Below are positions 1 through 8,675 of a stretch of DNA of 39,206 nucleotides, one piece after another. The translations under genes were made by a program, and so were the position numbers. Each line of letters begins with the position of its first letter. The first letter of the stretch is position 1. Below the pieces are notes generated by a model. That model was not told the DNA's origin and made no database searches. It saw only the letters and a list, made by a program, of their open reading frames with translations. Source of the stretch: Bacteroidota bacterium (GTDB lineage Bacteria > Bacteroidota > Bacteroidia > Bacteroidales > VadinHA17); the NCBI GenBank assembly GCA_030605195.1, contig JAUWBB010000002.1:1-39206 (forward strand), given 5' to 3'.

Positions 1-899
1 ACCCTGAATTGGTTGGAAAATTGGGTTTGCCCGAATCTTATATTGGTTCGCCTTTAGGATTATTAATATTTGAAAGGAAAATCATATCCACCCCGTTATA
101 TAATAAGGCAGCGCTTTTGATTTATCAGGATGGAAAACTGGATATTAAGAGAGTAACCTCAGCCAATGGTATTACTATATCGGTAGGGAATACAAGCATT
201 GAGCTATCCAAAGAAAATTATAATGTCGATAAACCCGGCGACCGGCCATGTTACTATGATTTATTATACCCTCAACATGAAATTAAGGGAAATGGAAGAA
301 TTATTCTGAGATTGGCAGGCAATGTAGTGAAAGAGATAATAGAAACGAAAGAAAGAGAAAATGTTGAGATTATGCCTGTGGGTTTAACCCTATCGTTTGA
401 TAAATCAAATTTTCCTGCAAGTTTTGCAGTAATTGATAAAGAATTACGGATACAGGTAAAAGGATATGAGGAAGTTTTGCACGCTGTTGAGGCAGGGCCA
501 TTGTTGGTTGATGATGGAGAGTTAAACCTGAATATGGAAAAAGAAGGATGGAAAACCCGGAATTCAATAAAAACCCAGGCAGCACGGCTGGATTATACGG
601 ATATGAGGGGACCCAAAATAGCCTTAGGTTTAGACCCTTCCGGTAATTTGGTGGTTTTAACAATTAATGGAAGAATCAGGGAATCGGTGGGAGCAACTCA
701 TATTGATATGGCAGAGATTTTGATTGAGCTTGGAATCCAAAAAGCTATGGGATTTGATCCCGGAGGAAGCAGCACTCTGGTTGTAGACGGAAAAACACTG
801 AATATCTCCCCCTATAACAGTCAATACGAAAAAAACGTTTACTCTTTACCACCGGAGCCCAGGGCAGTAGCAAATGCAGTGATTGGTTATATTTGTTAA
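1..899 (+). CDS. phosphodiester glycosidase family protein (DUF2233/NAGPA-like), 5' end off-window
   Basis: The frame is open from the window edge; codons at 3-8 precede the TTG at 9. The C-terminal 'GFDPGGSSTLVVDG' resembles the conserved GGGSS core of this fold. Stop at 897-899. Family call is from motif memory only. Confidence 0.55.
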   Translation, partial: PELVGKLGLPESYIGSPLGLLIFERKIISTPLYNKAALLIYQDGKLDIKRVTSANGITISVGNTSIELSKENYNVDKPGDRPCYYDLLYPQHEIKGNGRIILRLAGNVVKEIIETKERENVEIMPVGLTLSFDKSNFPASFAVIDKELRIQVKGYEEVLHAVEAGPLLVDDGELNLNMEKEGWKTRNSIKTQAARLDYTDMRGPKIALGLDPSGNLVVLTINGRIRESVGATHIDMAEILIELGIQKAMGFDPGGSSTLVVDGKTLNISPYNSQYEKNVYSLPPEPRAVANAVIGYIC

Positions 900-903
900 G
901 ATA

Positions 904-2034
904 ATGGCCGGAATATATATTCATATACCTTTTTGTAAACAATTGTGTTTCTATTGTGATTTTTATAAGAGCAATTCTTTAAAGGAAAAGCCGCAATTTA
1001 TTGAGGCACTGAAACATGAAATTGAATTACAGAAGAATTATCTGGAAGGTGAAAAAATTGAAACCATTTATTTTGGTGGTGGGACACCCTCGGTTTTAAA
1101 CGGTAAAGAAATAAATAGCCTTTTTCAAAAATTGTCAGAGATTCATAAAATTACAGATAATCCGGAAATAACCCTTGAAGTTAATCCGGATGATATCGCT
1201 AAGGATTACGTTTGTGAAATAAAAACGACACCCGTAAATCGTCTTAGTATTGGTATTCAATCCTTTTTTGATGAGGATCTTTTGTTGCTGAATCGAAGGC
1301 ATAATAAAAGACAGGCGATAAATGCCGTTAAACTTTCTCAATCTGCCGGCTTTTCCAACATCAGCATTGATTTAATCTACGGTATTCCCGGAATGAGTGT
1401 GGAAAACTGGAAAAAAAATCTTGAACAGGCGTTTGAATTTAATGTTCAACATATCTCGGCTTATTTTTTAACCATTGAACCGGGTACGGTAATGGCACAA
1501 TTGATCGAAAAGGGAGAAATCACACCCTTGGAAGAGGAAGAAAATGTAGAACAGTATAGTGTTCTTCTTGAGCAAATGGTTCAAAACCACTTTATTCCGT
1601 ACGAAATTTCAAATTTTTGCAAAGAGGGTTATTTTTCAAAACACAATACAAATTACTGGAAGCAAGAAAAATACCTGGGATTAGGGCCATCGGCACACTC
1701 ATACAACGGGCATTCAAGGCAGTGGAACATTGCCGGTAATGATAAATATATCCAATCTTTAATGGCAGACAGCCTGGTTTTTGAAAGAGAAATATTAGAC
1801 CCTAAAAGGAGATATAATGACTATATCTTAACATCGCTCAGAACCATGTGGGGAGTTGATTTAAAATATCTTGAGGAGGAATTCAGCAAAGAAGCCAGGG
1901 ATTATTGCGTAAGTCTTGCCAAAAGATTACTGGAATACGGAATGATCGATATTAAAAATGAGAGCCTGATATTGACAAAACAGGGTAAATTTATTGCCGA
2001 TAATATAATATCAGAACTATTGATGGCGGATTAA
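904..2034 (+). CDS. hemW: radical SAM heme chaperone HemW (HemN-like, oxygen-independent coproporphyrinogen oxidase family)
   Basis: N-terminal radical-SAM cluster motif 'IPFCKQLCFYCDFY' (CxxxCxxC), a 'YFGGGTPS' motif and a HemN_C-like tail. The ATG at 904 is preferred over the TTG at 883, which overlaps the upstream gene. Confidence 0.85.
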   Translation: MAGIYIHIPFCKQLCFYCDFYKSNSLKEKPQFIEALKHEIELQKNYLEGEKIETIYFGGGTPSVLNGKEINSLFQKLSEIHKITDNPEITLEVNPDDIAKDYVCEIKTTPVNRLSIGIQSFFDEDLLLLNRRHNKRQAINAVKLSQSAGFSNISIDLIYGIPGMSVENWKKNLEQAFEFNVQHISAYFLTIEPGTVMAQLIEKGEITPLEEEENVEQYSVLLEQMVQNHFIPYEISNFCKEGYFSKHNTNYWKQEKYLGLGPSAHSYNGHSRQWNIAGNDKYIQSLMADSLVFEREILDPKRRYNDYILTSLRTMWGVDLKYLEEEFSKEARDYCVSLAKRLLEYGMIDIKNESLILTKQGKFIADNIISELLMAD

Positions 2035-2067
2035 TGGGTAGAGATAATAGCTGATCTTTTTAATAAG

Positions 2068-2098
2068 CTCGTCAGACGACTAAAGTTCGTCTGACGAG
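2068..2098. terminator. perfect 12-bp stem-loop between convergent hemW and the glycosyltransferase gene
   Basis: ctcgtcagacga (2068-2079) / loop ctaaagt / tcgtctgacgag (2087-2098). There is no flanking U-tract on either strand, so terminator function is inferred from position only. Confidence 0.45.
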
Positions 2099-2102
2099 TA
2101 AA

Positions 2103-3389
2103 TTAAGATTTAATAGCGATTGTAATTAATTCATCGAGTTTTTCCTGTAATGTGGTGTAGGAGAAATATTTCTTGCCAAGTTTATAATTATGTTCAGCTA
2201 TTTCCCTGTTGAGTTGTTCATTAAAAATAACCTCTTTCATTTCCTCAACAGCCTCATCGGTTAATATATTATCCTCAAGCATCACGGCTTTAAAACCCTT
2301 ACTTCCGATATCCGGCCAGTAAACAGGTTTATAATTATTAACAAATATTGGGACTTTAGCCAGTATGGACTCAACAAATGCATTTCCGAAACCTTCATAT
2401 GTACTGAAATAAGTGCAGGCAACAGCATGAGCATAAGCATCGGAAAGGGAATAATTTCTCTCTGTTCCATTGCCCATAAGTCCTTTATTATGAATAATAT
2501 GAGATGCAAAAATAATCTGCCGGCTTAATTTCAGTTCATGAATCTGATTAATAAGTTCGTTGTAATAAAGACTACCCGCATCGTCTTTATAACTACCGGT
2601 TATTACAAGTTTAATTGTTTTGTCCTTAAGTTTGTCAATCAGATCTATTGCAACCTCGATGCCTTTTCTTTTGACAATACGTGTAATCTGGAACAACAAA
2701 TGATCATCTTTTTCAAGACCCAAATCTCTTCTGAGATTCTGATTTTTCACTGTTTTTTCACTAAATTTCATATCGAAATCCATAACATTGGGAACAACAA
2801 CAGAACTTCGACCGAATTTTTCCATCAAAGTTTCCCGGGCATGCAGGTTTATTACGGCGTGGGTAACGTTTGGAAGACGAAGAGGAAAAGTATCATTTAC
2901 AAACTGATTAATTTCCTCATGCGGCGACAAGTAACGATCTCCCCGTTCCCATGCAAAATCATGATCATGGGTTATTGTGGGAAGCCCTAATTTCTTAACG
3001 GCAATTTTAATTCCCAAACCAAGTTCCAGATGCGATGGCAAAGCCGATGAGTTTTCTGAAAGCAGAAGGTCTATTTTCCTATCATTAGCCCAGTTTATGA
3101 TTTTTTCTGAGATAATTCGTGAATACAGATCGATATGTTCCAGCAATTCTTGGATGTTGGTGTCAGGATAAAAGAAAGCTTTCTTCTGTCCCCAGTAACT
3201 TTCCGGAGAAAAGAATGACATTTCAGGAACCATTGTATCATGTTCGGGATCAAAGACCCACTCCGTATATTGTCCTGAAATGATAAAGACCACATGTCCC
3301 ATTCTTTTCAGGACATCAATCCATTTTTCAGCCTCAAGGGCAACACCATCAACACCGCCAATACGCCCAATGATAAATCCGATTCTCAT
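2103..3389 (-). CDS. glycosyltransferase, GT-B fold (family 4/group 1-like)
   Basis: 428-aa ORF. The N-terminus 'MRIGFIIGRIGGVDGVALE' is typical of the GT4 N-domain. The C-terminal half has the 'RIVKRKGIEVAI' / 'STYEGFGNAFVE' pattern, the EX7E-like region of retaining GT-B enzymes. Confidence 0.7.
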   Translation of the reverse strand: MRIGFIIGRIGGVDGVALEAEKWIDVLKRMGHVVFIISGQYTEWVFDPEHDTMVPEMSFFSPESYWGQKKAFFYPDTNIQELLEHIDLYSRIISEKIINWANDRKIDLLLSENSSALPSHLELGLGIKIAVKKLGLPTITHDHDFAWERGDRYLSPHEEINQFVNDTFPLRLPNVTHAVINLHARETLMEKFGRSSVVVPNVMDFDMKFSEKTVKNQNLRRDLGLEKDDHLLFQITRIVKRKGIEVAIDLIDKLKDKTIKLVITGSYKDDAGSLYYNELINQIHELKLSRQIIFASHIIHNKGLMGNGTERNYSLSDAYAHAVACTYFSTYEGFGNAFVESILAKVPIFVNNYKPVYWPDIGSKGFKAVMLEDNILTDEAVEEMKEVIFNEQLNREIAEHNYKLGKKYFSYTTLQEKLDELITIAIKS

Positions 3390-3405
3390 AATTTATTTTT
3401 TTTAA

Positions 3406-3436
3406 CTCACCGGGTGACTCAAAGTCACCCGGTGAG
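3406..3436. terminator. perfect 14-bp GC-rich stem-loop, downstream of 3513..4415 (-) and 17 nt upstream of the GT start
   Basis: ctcaccgggtgact (3406-3419) / loop caa / agtcacccggtgag (3423-3436). On the minus strand it is followed by A-rich, not U-rich, sequence, so it is not a canonical intrinsic terminator. Confidence 0.35.
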
Positions 3437-3512
3437 GATGTTAGGCTTTAATATTAATAAAAAAAATTGAAATTCGTGAGCAAGATGGGAATTTAAAATT
3501 ATCTATATTGGT

Positions 3513-4415
3513 TTATTTCAAAAGAAAGGTTGTGCTACCAATATTGTTTCCTTCGAGGTACAGATAAAAAGTGTAATTTCCGGGGATTAAGTCACCGTTA
3601 TTGTTCCAGTAAATACACATATCAATATCCTGGTTTAAGTATTCTACAGTCCGTATAGCAGAATATACAATTAGTTCATCTTTAAATTCGAACAAATTAT
3701 CGGGAGAGTCAGCGAGAATTAGTTCGTCTGGCCTGGCAATTCGCAGATAAACGTCTTTTTTCCCGGCTTCAACAATGGGATTTTCACGCAGGGTAAAACA
3801 AACACGGATCTTATCAATTCTCTCTATCCTGTATCTTTCCTTTCCTTTTGTATTTATAGGAGTTGCCAGAATGGTTTTAGCTAAAATAACGGAAGCCATT
3901 TCTACCTTTGCACTTAAATCTTCTTTTATCTGAGAAAGTTCAACGTTGGTTTCCCGGGCTTTTGCCAGATTTTTCCTTACTTCAATGTTTTCAGTTGTAA
4001 GTTGTATGTTTTTTGTGTTAAGTGAATCAATTTGGACAATGTAACTTTTCATTACTTTTCTCAGGGTGGCCAGCTCCTTTTTGTATAACCGGATCTTTTG
4101 TGCATTGGAGGTTTGTATAGTCAGTAAGCTTTTAATTTTGTTCTGTTCGGCCTCCAGCTTGGCATTCAGGCTGACATTATTAGTTTTCAGGGTATCGTAT
4201 TGAAACATCAAATTGGAAAGCTCATTTACCAGCGAATCTTTTTCGTCTGTTAAAACTTTTTCCATCTCGATCATTTCTGTCTTTTGATTAAAGTATAGAA
4301 AAATCAAGGCACCCAAACAAAGGGCCAGGACAAAGGTTATAATGATAAAACCAACGGGCCTTTTTTTCCCTGGCTCTTCAGATATTTTAGGGTTTAATAT
4401 TTTTTCTTCACCCAT
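3513..4415 (-). CDS. hypothetical membrane-anchored coiled-coil protein
   Basis: 300-aa ORF. One N-terminal hydrophobic helix (FIIITFVLALCLGALIFLYF), then about 150 aa of heptad-like, Lys/Glu/Leu/Asn-rich sequence, then a beta-rich C-terminal domain. I do not recognise a family. Confidence 0.6.
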   Translation of the reverse strand: MGEEKILNPKISEEPGKKRPVGFIIITFVLALCLGALIFLYFNQKTEMIEMEKVLTDEKDSLVNELSNLMFQYDTLKTNNVSLNAKLEAEQNKIKSLLTIQTSNAQKIRLYKKELATLRKVMKSYIVQIDSLNTKNIQLTTENIEVRKNLAKARETNVELSQIKEDLSAKVEMASVILAKTILATPINTKGKERYRIERIDKIRVCFTLRENPIVEAGKKDVYLRIARPDELILADSPDNLFEFKDELIVYSAIRTVEYLNQDIDMCIYWNNNGDLIPGNYTFYLYLEGNNIGSTTFLLK

Positions 4416-4469
4416 TGTTGAAAGATTAGGCAGTTAAAAAAACGTTACAAAGTTAAATATTATATTTAA

Positions 4470-4689
4470 ATCTTGGCTTTTCCCTGATTTTCCAATGTTT
4501 TGTTGGCTCTTTTCAGAATAGATGTAAATGCGGAGATCAAAAACGAAACCTTCCTTTTTAAGCGCCTTACCGGCTTCAGCAGCTTCCTCTCTTCCCTTAT
4601 CGGTAAGGGTCAACGTCTGTCCAGCCGGTAAATCGGTTTTCCTTGTTCCAGATGCTTTCACCGTGCCGTAATAACACGATCTTGTACAT
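4470..4689 (-). pseudogene. gpmA: relic of 2,3-bisphosphoglycerate-dependent phosphoglycerate mutase (frameshifted and truncated)
   Basis: The minus-strand ATG at 4689 opens '[27 protein letters not shown]', the canonical GpmA N-terminus with the RHGES catalytic His. The homology then continues in a second frame ('[25 protein letters not shown]') and a third ('AFTSILKRANKTL') before being lost. The next gene starts at 4415, leaving room for only about 75 of roughly 250 codons. Confidence 0.7.
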
Positions 4690-4696
4690 GATCTGA

Positions 4697-5536
4697 TTAG
4701 TTCGGTTTGTTAATAGTCATAGGGTATTTTCCCTTTTTTAAATAATATACCAGAAAAACAAATCCCAGTAAAACAAGTGGAATGCTTAATAATTGTCCCA
4801 TATTAAGTGTCATTCCGGCTTCAAAACCTACCTGGGCTTCTTTGATGAATTCGATAAAAAACCTAACGGTAAAAACAAGTATGAGAAAAAGACTGCTTAA
4901 CAATCCACTCCTGACTTTTCCTCTATTTTTCATGTAAATGAAATATAACAGGAGAAAGATCAGGAAATACGAAAGTCCTTCATATATCTGTGTAGGATGT
5001 TTGGGAATGGTTTCTCCATTTCGCAGGAAAATGAATCCCCAGGGAAGATTGGTTTCGATTCCGTATATTTCAGAATTCATCAGGTTTCCGATGCGGATAA
5101 AAAGCGCCGACAATGCCAACACCACAACGACCCTGTCAAGGGTAAACAGAAAAGGCATTTTTGTTTTTCGTACAAATAGAAACAATGCGACAGGGATACC
5201 TATAGCCGCTCCGTGACTTGCAAGACCACCTTTCCAGATTTTAAGAATTTCAACGGGATTACTTAAATACCACGATGGTTCATAAAAAAAGCAATGTCCC
5301 AGACGAGCCCCAATGATAGTTCCCAGAGCCATATATATAACTAATTTATCGAGTACCTCAACGGATATTTTTTCTATCTTAAAAAATTTAATCAAAATCA
5401 GGTAACTAAAGAAGAATGCCGAAGCATATAGTAAACCGTACCAGCGAATGGCAAATTTTCCAATTCTGATAATTTCCGGATTTACATCCCAGTTAATATA
5501 ATCTAAAAACATCTGAATAAAATTATGAAATCCCAA
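4697..5536 (-). CDS. lgt: prolipoprotein diacylglyceryl transferase
   Basis: Polytopic membrane ORF with '[12 protein letters not shown]', '[11 protein letters not shown]' and 'HPTQIYE' Lgt signatures. The track start is a TTG at 5536; the ATG at 5512 (MFLDYINW) is an equally plausible start. Confidence 0.85.
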   Translation of the reverse strand: MGFHNFIQMFLDYINWDVNPEIIRIGKFAIRWYGLLYASAFFFSYLILIKFFKIEKISVEVLDKLVIYMALGTIIGARLGHCFFYEPSWYLSNPVEILKIWKGGLASHGAAIGIPVALFLFVRKTKMPFLFTLDRVVVVLALSALFIRIGNLMNSEIYGIETNLPWGFIFLRNGETIPKHPTQIYEGLSYFLIFLLLYFIYMKNRGKVRSGLLSSLFLILVFTVRFFIEFIKEAQVGFEAGMTLNMGQLLSIPLVLLGFVFLVYYLKKGKYPMTINKPN

Positions 5537-5702
5537 AGCTACTAAATAATCTTTAATACAGGCATCGTCACTATTTCATATTTATAATTTCTTATTCAAA
5601 TGATGGCCTAAAATACCTTAACACTTAAACATATTAACACCTAAACGCCTCAACACACTGTCTTGTCTTGCTCATTGTCTACAGGTTAAACATAAAAATT
5701 TA

Positions 5703-5730
5703 AAATTCGAAATTCGAAATCCGAAATTTC
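5703..5730. repeat. four tandem heptamers (aaattcg aaattcg aaatccg aaatttc) in the divergent lgt / lipoprotein promoter region
   Basis: Read directly from the sequence. Preceded by two 13-mers, ttaacacYtaaac, at 5618-5630 and 5634-5646. Confidence 0.8.
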
Positions 5731-5816
5731 ATTTTTCATCATTCATCCTTTCAAAACCGTTAACTTTTCATTAAGAATAAGCGTAATGATTTTATGAATT
5801 AACCGGGTAATCTATG

Positions 5817-5824
5817 TATGTTTG
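5817..5824 (+). promoter_or_regulatory. candidate Bacteroidota -7 promoter box (TAnnTTTG)
   Basis: tatgtttg lies about 30 nt upstream of the 5855 ATG. I saw no clear -33 TTTG. Confidence 0.4.
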
Positions 5825-5854
5825 TAAATTATTAAAATTTGGTCGACCATCTTG

Positions 5855-7639
5855 ATGAAACAGGCATTACAGGGATTAATCCTTCTTATTTTGGCCCTGC
5901 TTTATTTACAGTGTGCGAGGGTTGGGGCTCCAATCGGTGGTGAGAAAGATAAAAGCCCTCCAAGGGTTAAAAAAAGTATTCCGGAAAATTATTCAATACA
6001 TTTTGAAGGAGATAAAATTGAAATTGATTTTGACGAATTTTTCCGGTTAAGAGAATTGGACCAGAAGTTTGTTGTTTCACCCCCATTGGAAGAAAAACCT
6101 GAAATACTCCCCAAAGGAAAAACATTGGTTATTGATCTGAAAAATAATGAATTCAGGGAAAATACCACTTATACCTTTAATTTTTCTGATGCGATTGTAG
6201 ATAATAATGAAGGGAACCCGATTGAAAATTTTGAATTTGTATTTTCAACCGGAAACACAATTGATTCTCTTTTAGTGACAGGAACGATTATCCGGGCGTT
6301 TGATCTTCAACCGGAAGAAGATGTTTTTGTCATGTTGTATGAAAATTTGAATGATTCAGCGCCAATTATAGAATTCCCTGCTTACATTGCAAAAGCGGAT
6401 GACGAAGGGAAATTCAGGGTAAAAAATATAAAAACGGATACGTTCAGGGTTATTGGGCTGAAAGATATGAATCTGAATTATAAATTTGATCTTGCCGGAG
6501 AACCCATAGCTTTTATGGACTCATTGTTGTTTATTGGAATGGGAAAGAAGACAGAATTGGCAAGAGTTGATACAACGCGAACAGAATTGGCAAGAGTTGA
6601 TACAACGCAAACAGAAAAAGCATTAATAAAACCCCCGAATATCAAACTCTATTTATTCACTGAAGAGGAGGAAGAACAATACTTGAAAAGCTCGGAAAGA
6701 CCCAGCTCTTATCAAATCATATTCATTTTTAACAAGCCCCTGACCACAGAATTAATTGTGAATCCGGTTGATTTTTCTCCATCAGATGATTGGTATCTGA
6801 AGGAAGATTATCCGAATGGAGATACTATCAGTTATTGGATTAAAGATTCGACCATAGCCAATACTGAAGTTCTTACCGCGGAACTAATTTATCCGGTAAA
6901 GGATTCTACGGATGTTTTTAAACCATATTCCGATACGGTAACCCTGCGGTATTCCAAGCCGGTAAAAGCGAGTAGAAAAAGGAGACAGGAAACAGAGCAA
7001 GAAGAACAGTTTTTAAAACTGGGTATTAACGTAACCCGTGGCAGCATGCTGGATTTAAACAGCAATATTTTAATTGAAAGTCCGACACCTGTTTTGAATA
7101 TTGATAAATCGATGATAAATATCCTGAAAATTAAAGATACAGTTGAGATCGAACAGGAGTATATTTTTTTTATAGATTCAATCCGAATACGGAAGTTTTG
7201 GATAAGGCTTCCATTGGAAGAAAACTCCTCATATAAAATATGGATAGAACCAGGGGCTTTTGAGGATATATATGGTATTAAAAATGACACGGTAAAAATA
7301 TCCTTCAGAACAAAAAAGATAGATTTTTATGGAAATTTAATTGTATCGGTTCAAAGTGTTAAAACCGGGGTTATTGTTCAATTGCTGGATGAAAAAAATA
7401 ATAAACTAAAAGAGGAATACATTGAAAACGATAAGGAAATCAAGTTCACGTATTTATATCCAAAGAAATATAAACTGAAGGTAATATTCGATAAAAATAA
7501 GAACGGAACGTGGGATACCGGAAATTATCTTAAAAAGATACAACCGGAAAAAGTCTTGTTTTATTCGAAAGAAATAAATATACGGGCGAATTGGGATCTG
7601 GAAATTGTCTGGGATATTGAAGCAAAAAATAAAGAGTAA
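5855..7639 (+). CDS. Ig-like (SbsA/Big_5-type) domain lipoprotein, function unknown
   Basis: Signal peptide with a lipobox-like 'LLYLQCARV'. 'DKSPPRVKKSIPEN...IEIDFDEF' is a typical Big_5 N-terminal strand pattern. 594 aa from the ATG at 5855 (a TTG at 5852 is also in frame). Confidence 0.65.
   Translation: MKQALQGLILLILALLYLQCARVGAPIGGEKDKSPPRVKKSIPENYSIHFEGDKIEIDFDEFFRLRELDQKFVVSPPLEEKPEILPKGKTLVIDLKNNEFRENTTYTFNFSDAIVDNNEGNPIENFEFVFSTGNTIDSLLVTGTIIRAFDLQPEEDVFVMLYENLNDSAPIIEFPAYIAKADDEGKFRVKNIKTDTFRVIGLKDMNLNYKFDLAGEPIAFMDSLLFIGMGKKTELARVDTTRTELARVDTTQTEKALIKPPNIKLYLFTEEEEEQYLKSSERPSSYQIIFIFNKPLTTELIVNPVDFSPSDDWYLKEDYPNGDTISYWIKDSTIANTEVLTAELIYPVKDSTDVFKPYSDTVTLRYSKPVKASRKRRQETEQEEQFLKLGINVTRGSMLDLNSNILIESPTPVLNIDKSMINILKIKDTVEIEQEYIFFIDSIRIRKFWIRLPLEENSSYKIWIEPGAFEDIYGIKNDTVKISFRTKKIDFYGNLIVSVQSVKTGVIVQLLDEKNNKLKEEYIENDKEIKFTYLYPKKYKLKVIFDKNKNGTWDTGNYLKKIQPEKVLFYSKEINIRANWDLEIVWDIEAKNKE
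6551..6610 (+). repeat. 30-bp in-frame tandem duplication (29/30 identical) inside the lipoprotein CDS
   Basis: acagaattggcaagagttgatacaacgcga (6551-6580) and acagaattggcaagagttgatacaacgcaa (6581-6610) encode TELARVDTTR / TELARVDTTQ. Confidence 0.95.
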
Positions 7640-7668
7640 TTCTTTGGAAAAATAAAAAAAATTAACGA

Positions 7669-8640
7669 ATGAAAGAAATCGCGATAGGTATTGATATTGG
7701 AGGGACCAATACTGTTTTGGGAATAGTTGACCGGGAAGGAAATATTCTGGCAGAGAATGATGTGCGTACAAAAGAATTCCCTGATGTAAATGATTTTATC
7801 GAGGTGCTCCACAAGACCATTAAGGAGACCCTGACAACCCTGAAGGAGCAGGTTGAACCAATGGGGATCGGAATTGGTGCTCCTAATGCAAATTATTACC
7901 GTGGTACCATCGAGCACGCACCAAATTTAGTTTGGAAGGGAATTATTCCATTAAAAGAAATGATGGAAAAATATTTTGAGTTTCCTATAGTTGTTACAAA
8001 TGATGCAAATGCTGCTGCTATGGGAGAAATGATTTATGGTGGCGCAAAAAAGATGAAAAACTTTATTGTTTATACACTGGGTACAGGTTTGGGAAGTGGT
8101 ATTGTTATTAACGGGGAAGTTCTTTATGGATACAGTGGTTTTGCAGGAGAGATCGGACATATTATTATGGTTCCCGGTGGTCGTGATTGTGGCTGTGGTC
8201 GTAAAGGATGCACTGAAAATTATGTGTCTGCAACGGGTCTCTGCAGAACAATGACCGAATTACTGGGGGAAAGAATGGGAAAAAGTGAATTGCGGAAAAT
8301 CAATTTTGAGGATTTAACCTCAAAAATGATTGCAAAAGCTGCTGAAAGCGGAGATAAGATTGCACAGGAAGCATTTGATGAAACTGCACGTATGTTGGCT
8401 TTGTCAATCGTAAATACTGTTGCTTTTTCAAGCCCGGAAGCCATTTTCCTTTTCGGTGGACTTGCTCAGGCGGGGGATCTGATTTTTAGCCCAACCCAAA
8501 AATACATCGATGAGTTCATTCAAGTCGTATTTAAAGATACCGTAAAATTACTGCCTTCACAGATCAAAGAAAGCAAAGCAGCTGTTTTGGGTGCCAGTGC
8601 ACTGGTATGGAATGAGTTATCCAGAAGAAAAACAATTTGA
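7669..8640 (+). CDS. ROK family sugar kinase (glucokinase-like), copy 1
   Basis: 'IGIDIGGTNTV' ATP-binding motif, 'VTNDANAAAMGE', 'GFAGEIGHI' and the ROK zinc motif 'CGCGRKGCTENY'. Confidence 0.85.
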   Translation: MKEIAIGIDIGGTNTVLGIVDREGNILAENDVRTKEFPDVNDFIEVLHKTIKETLTTLKEQVEPMGIGIGAPNANYYRGTIEHAPNLVWKGIIPLKEMMEKYFEFPIVVTNDANAAAMGEMIYGGAKKMKNFIVYTLGTGLGSGIVINGEVLYGYSGFAGEIGHIIMVPGGRDCGCGRKGCTENYVSATGLCRTMTELLGERMGKSELRKINFEDLTSKMIAKAAESGDKIAQEAFDETARMLALSIVNTVAFSSPEAIFLFGGLAQAGDLIFSPTQKYIDEFIQVVFKDTVKLLPSQIKESKAAVLGASALVWNELSRRKTI

Positions 8641-8675
8641 ATAAACAGCAAATTATCATATCTAAATCCCTGTAA

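Noticed and set aside
2538-3171. Plus-strand ORFs 2538..2990 and 2977..3171
   Set aside because: They are antisense to the glycosyltransferase CDS, which has clear GT-B motifs. They are AT-rich nonsense translations.
4434-4661. 75-aa minus-strand ORF from the track, considered as a stand-alone gene
   Set aside because: It is only the middle reading frame of the frameshifted gpmA relic. Its tail (RIYIYSEKSQQ...) is out-of-frame read-through.
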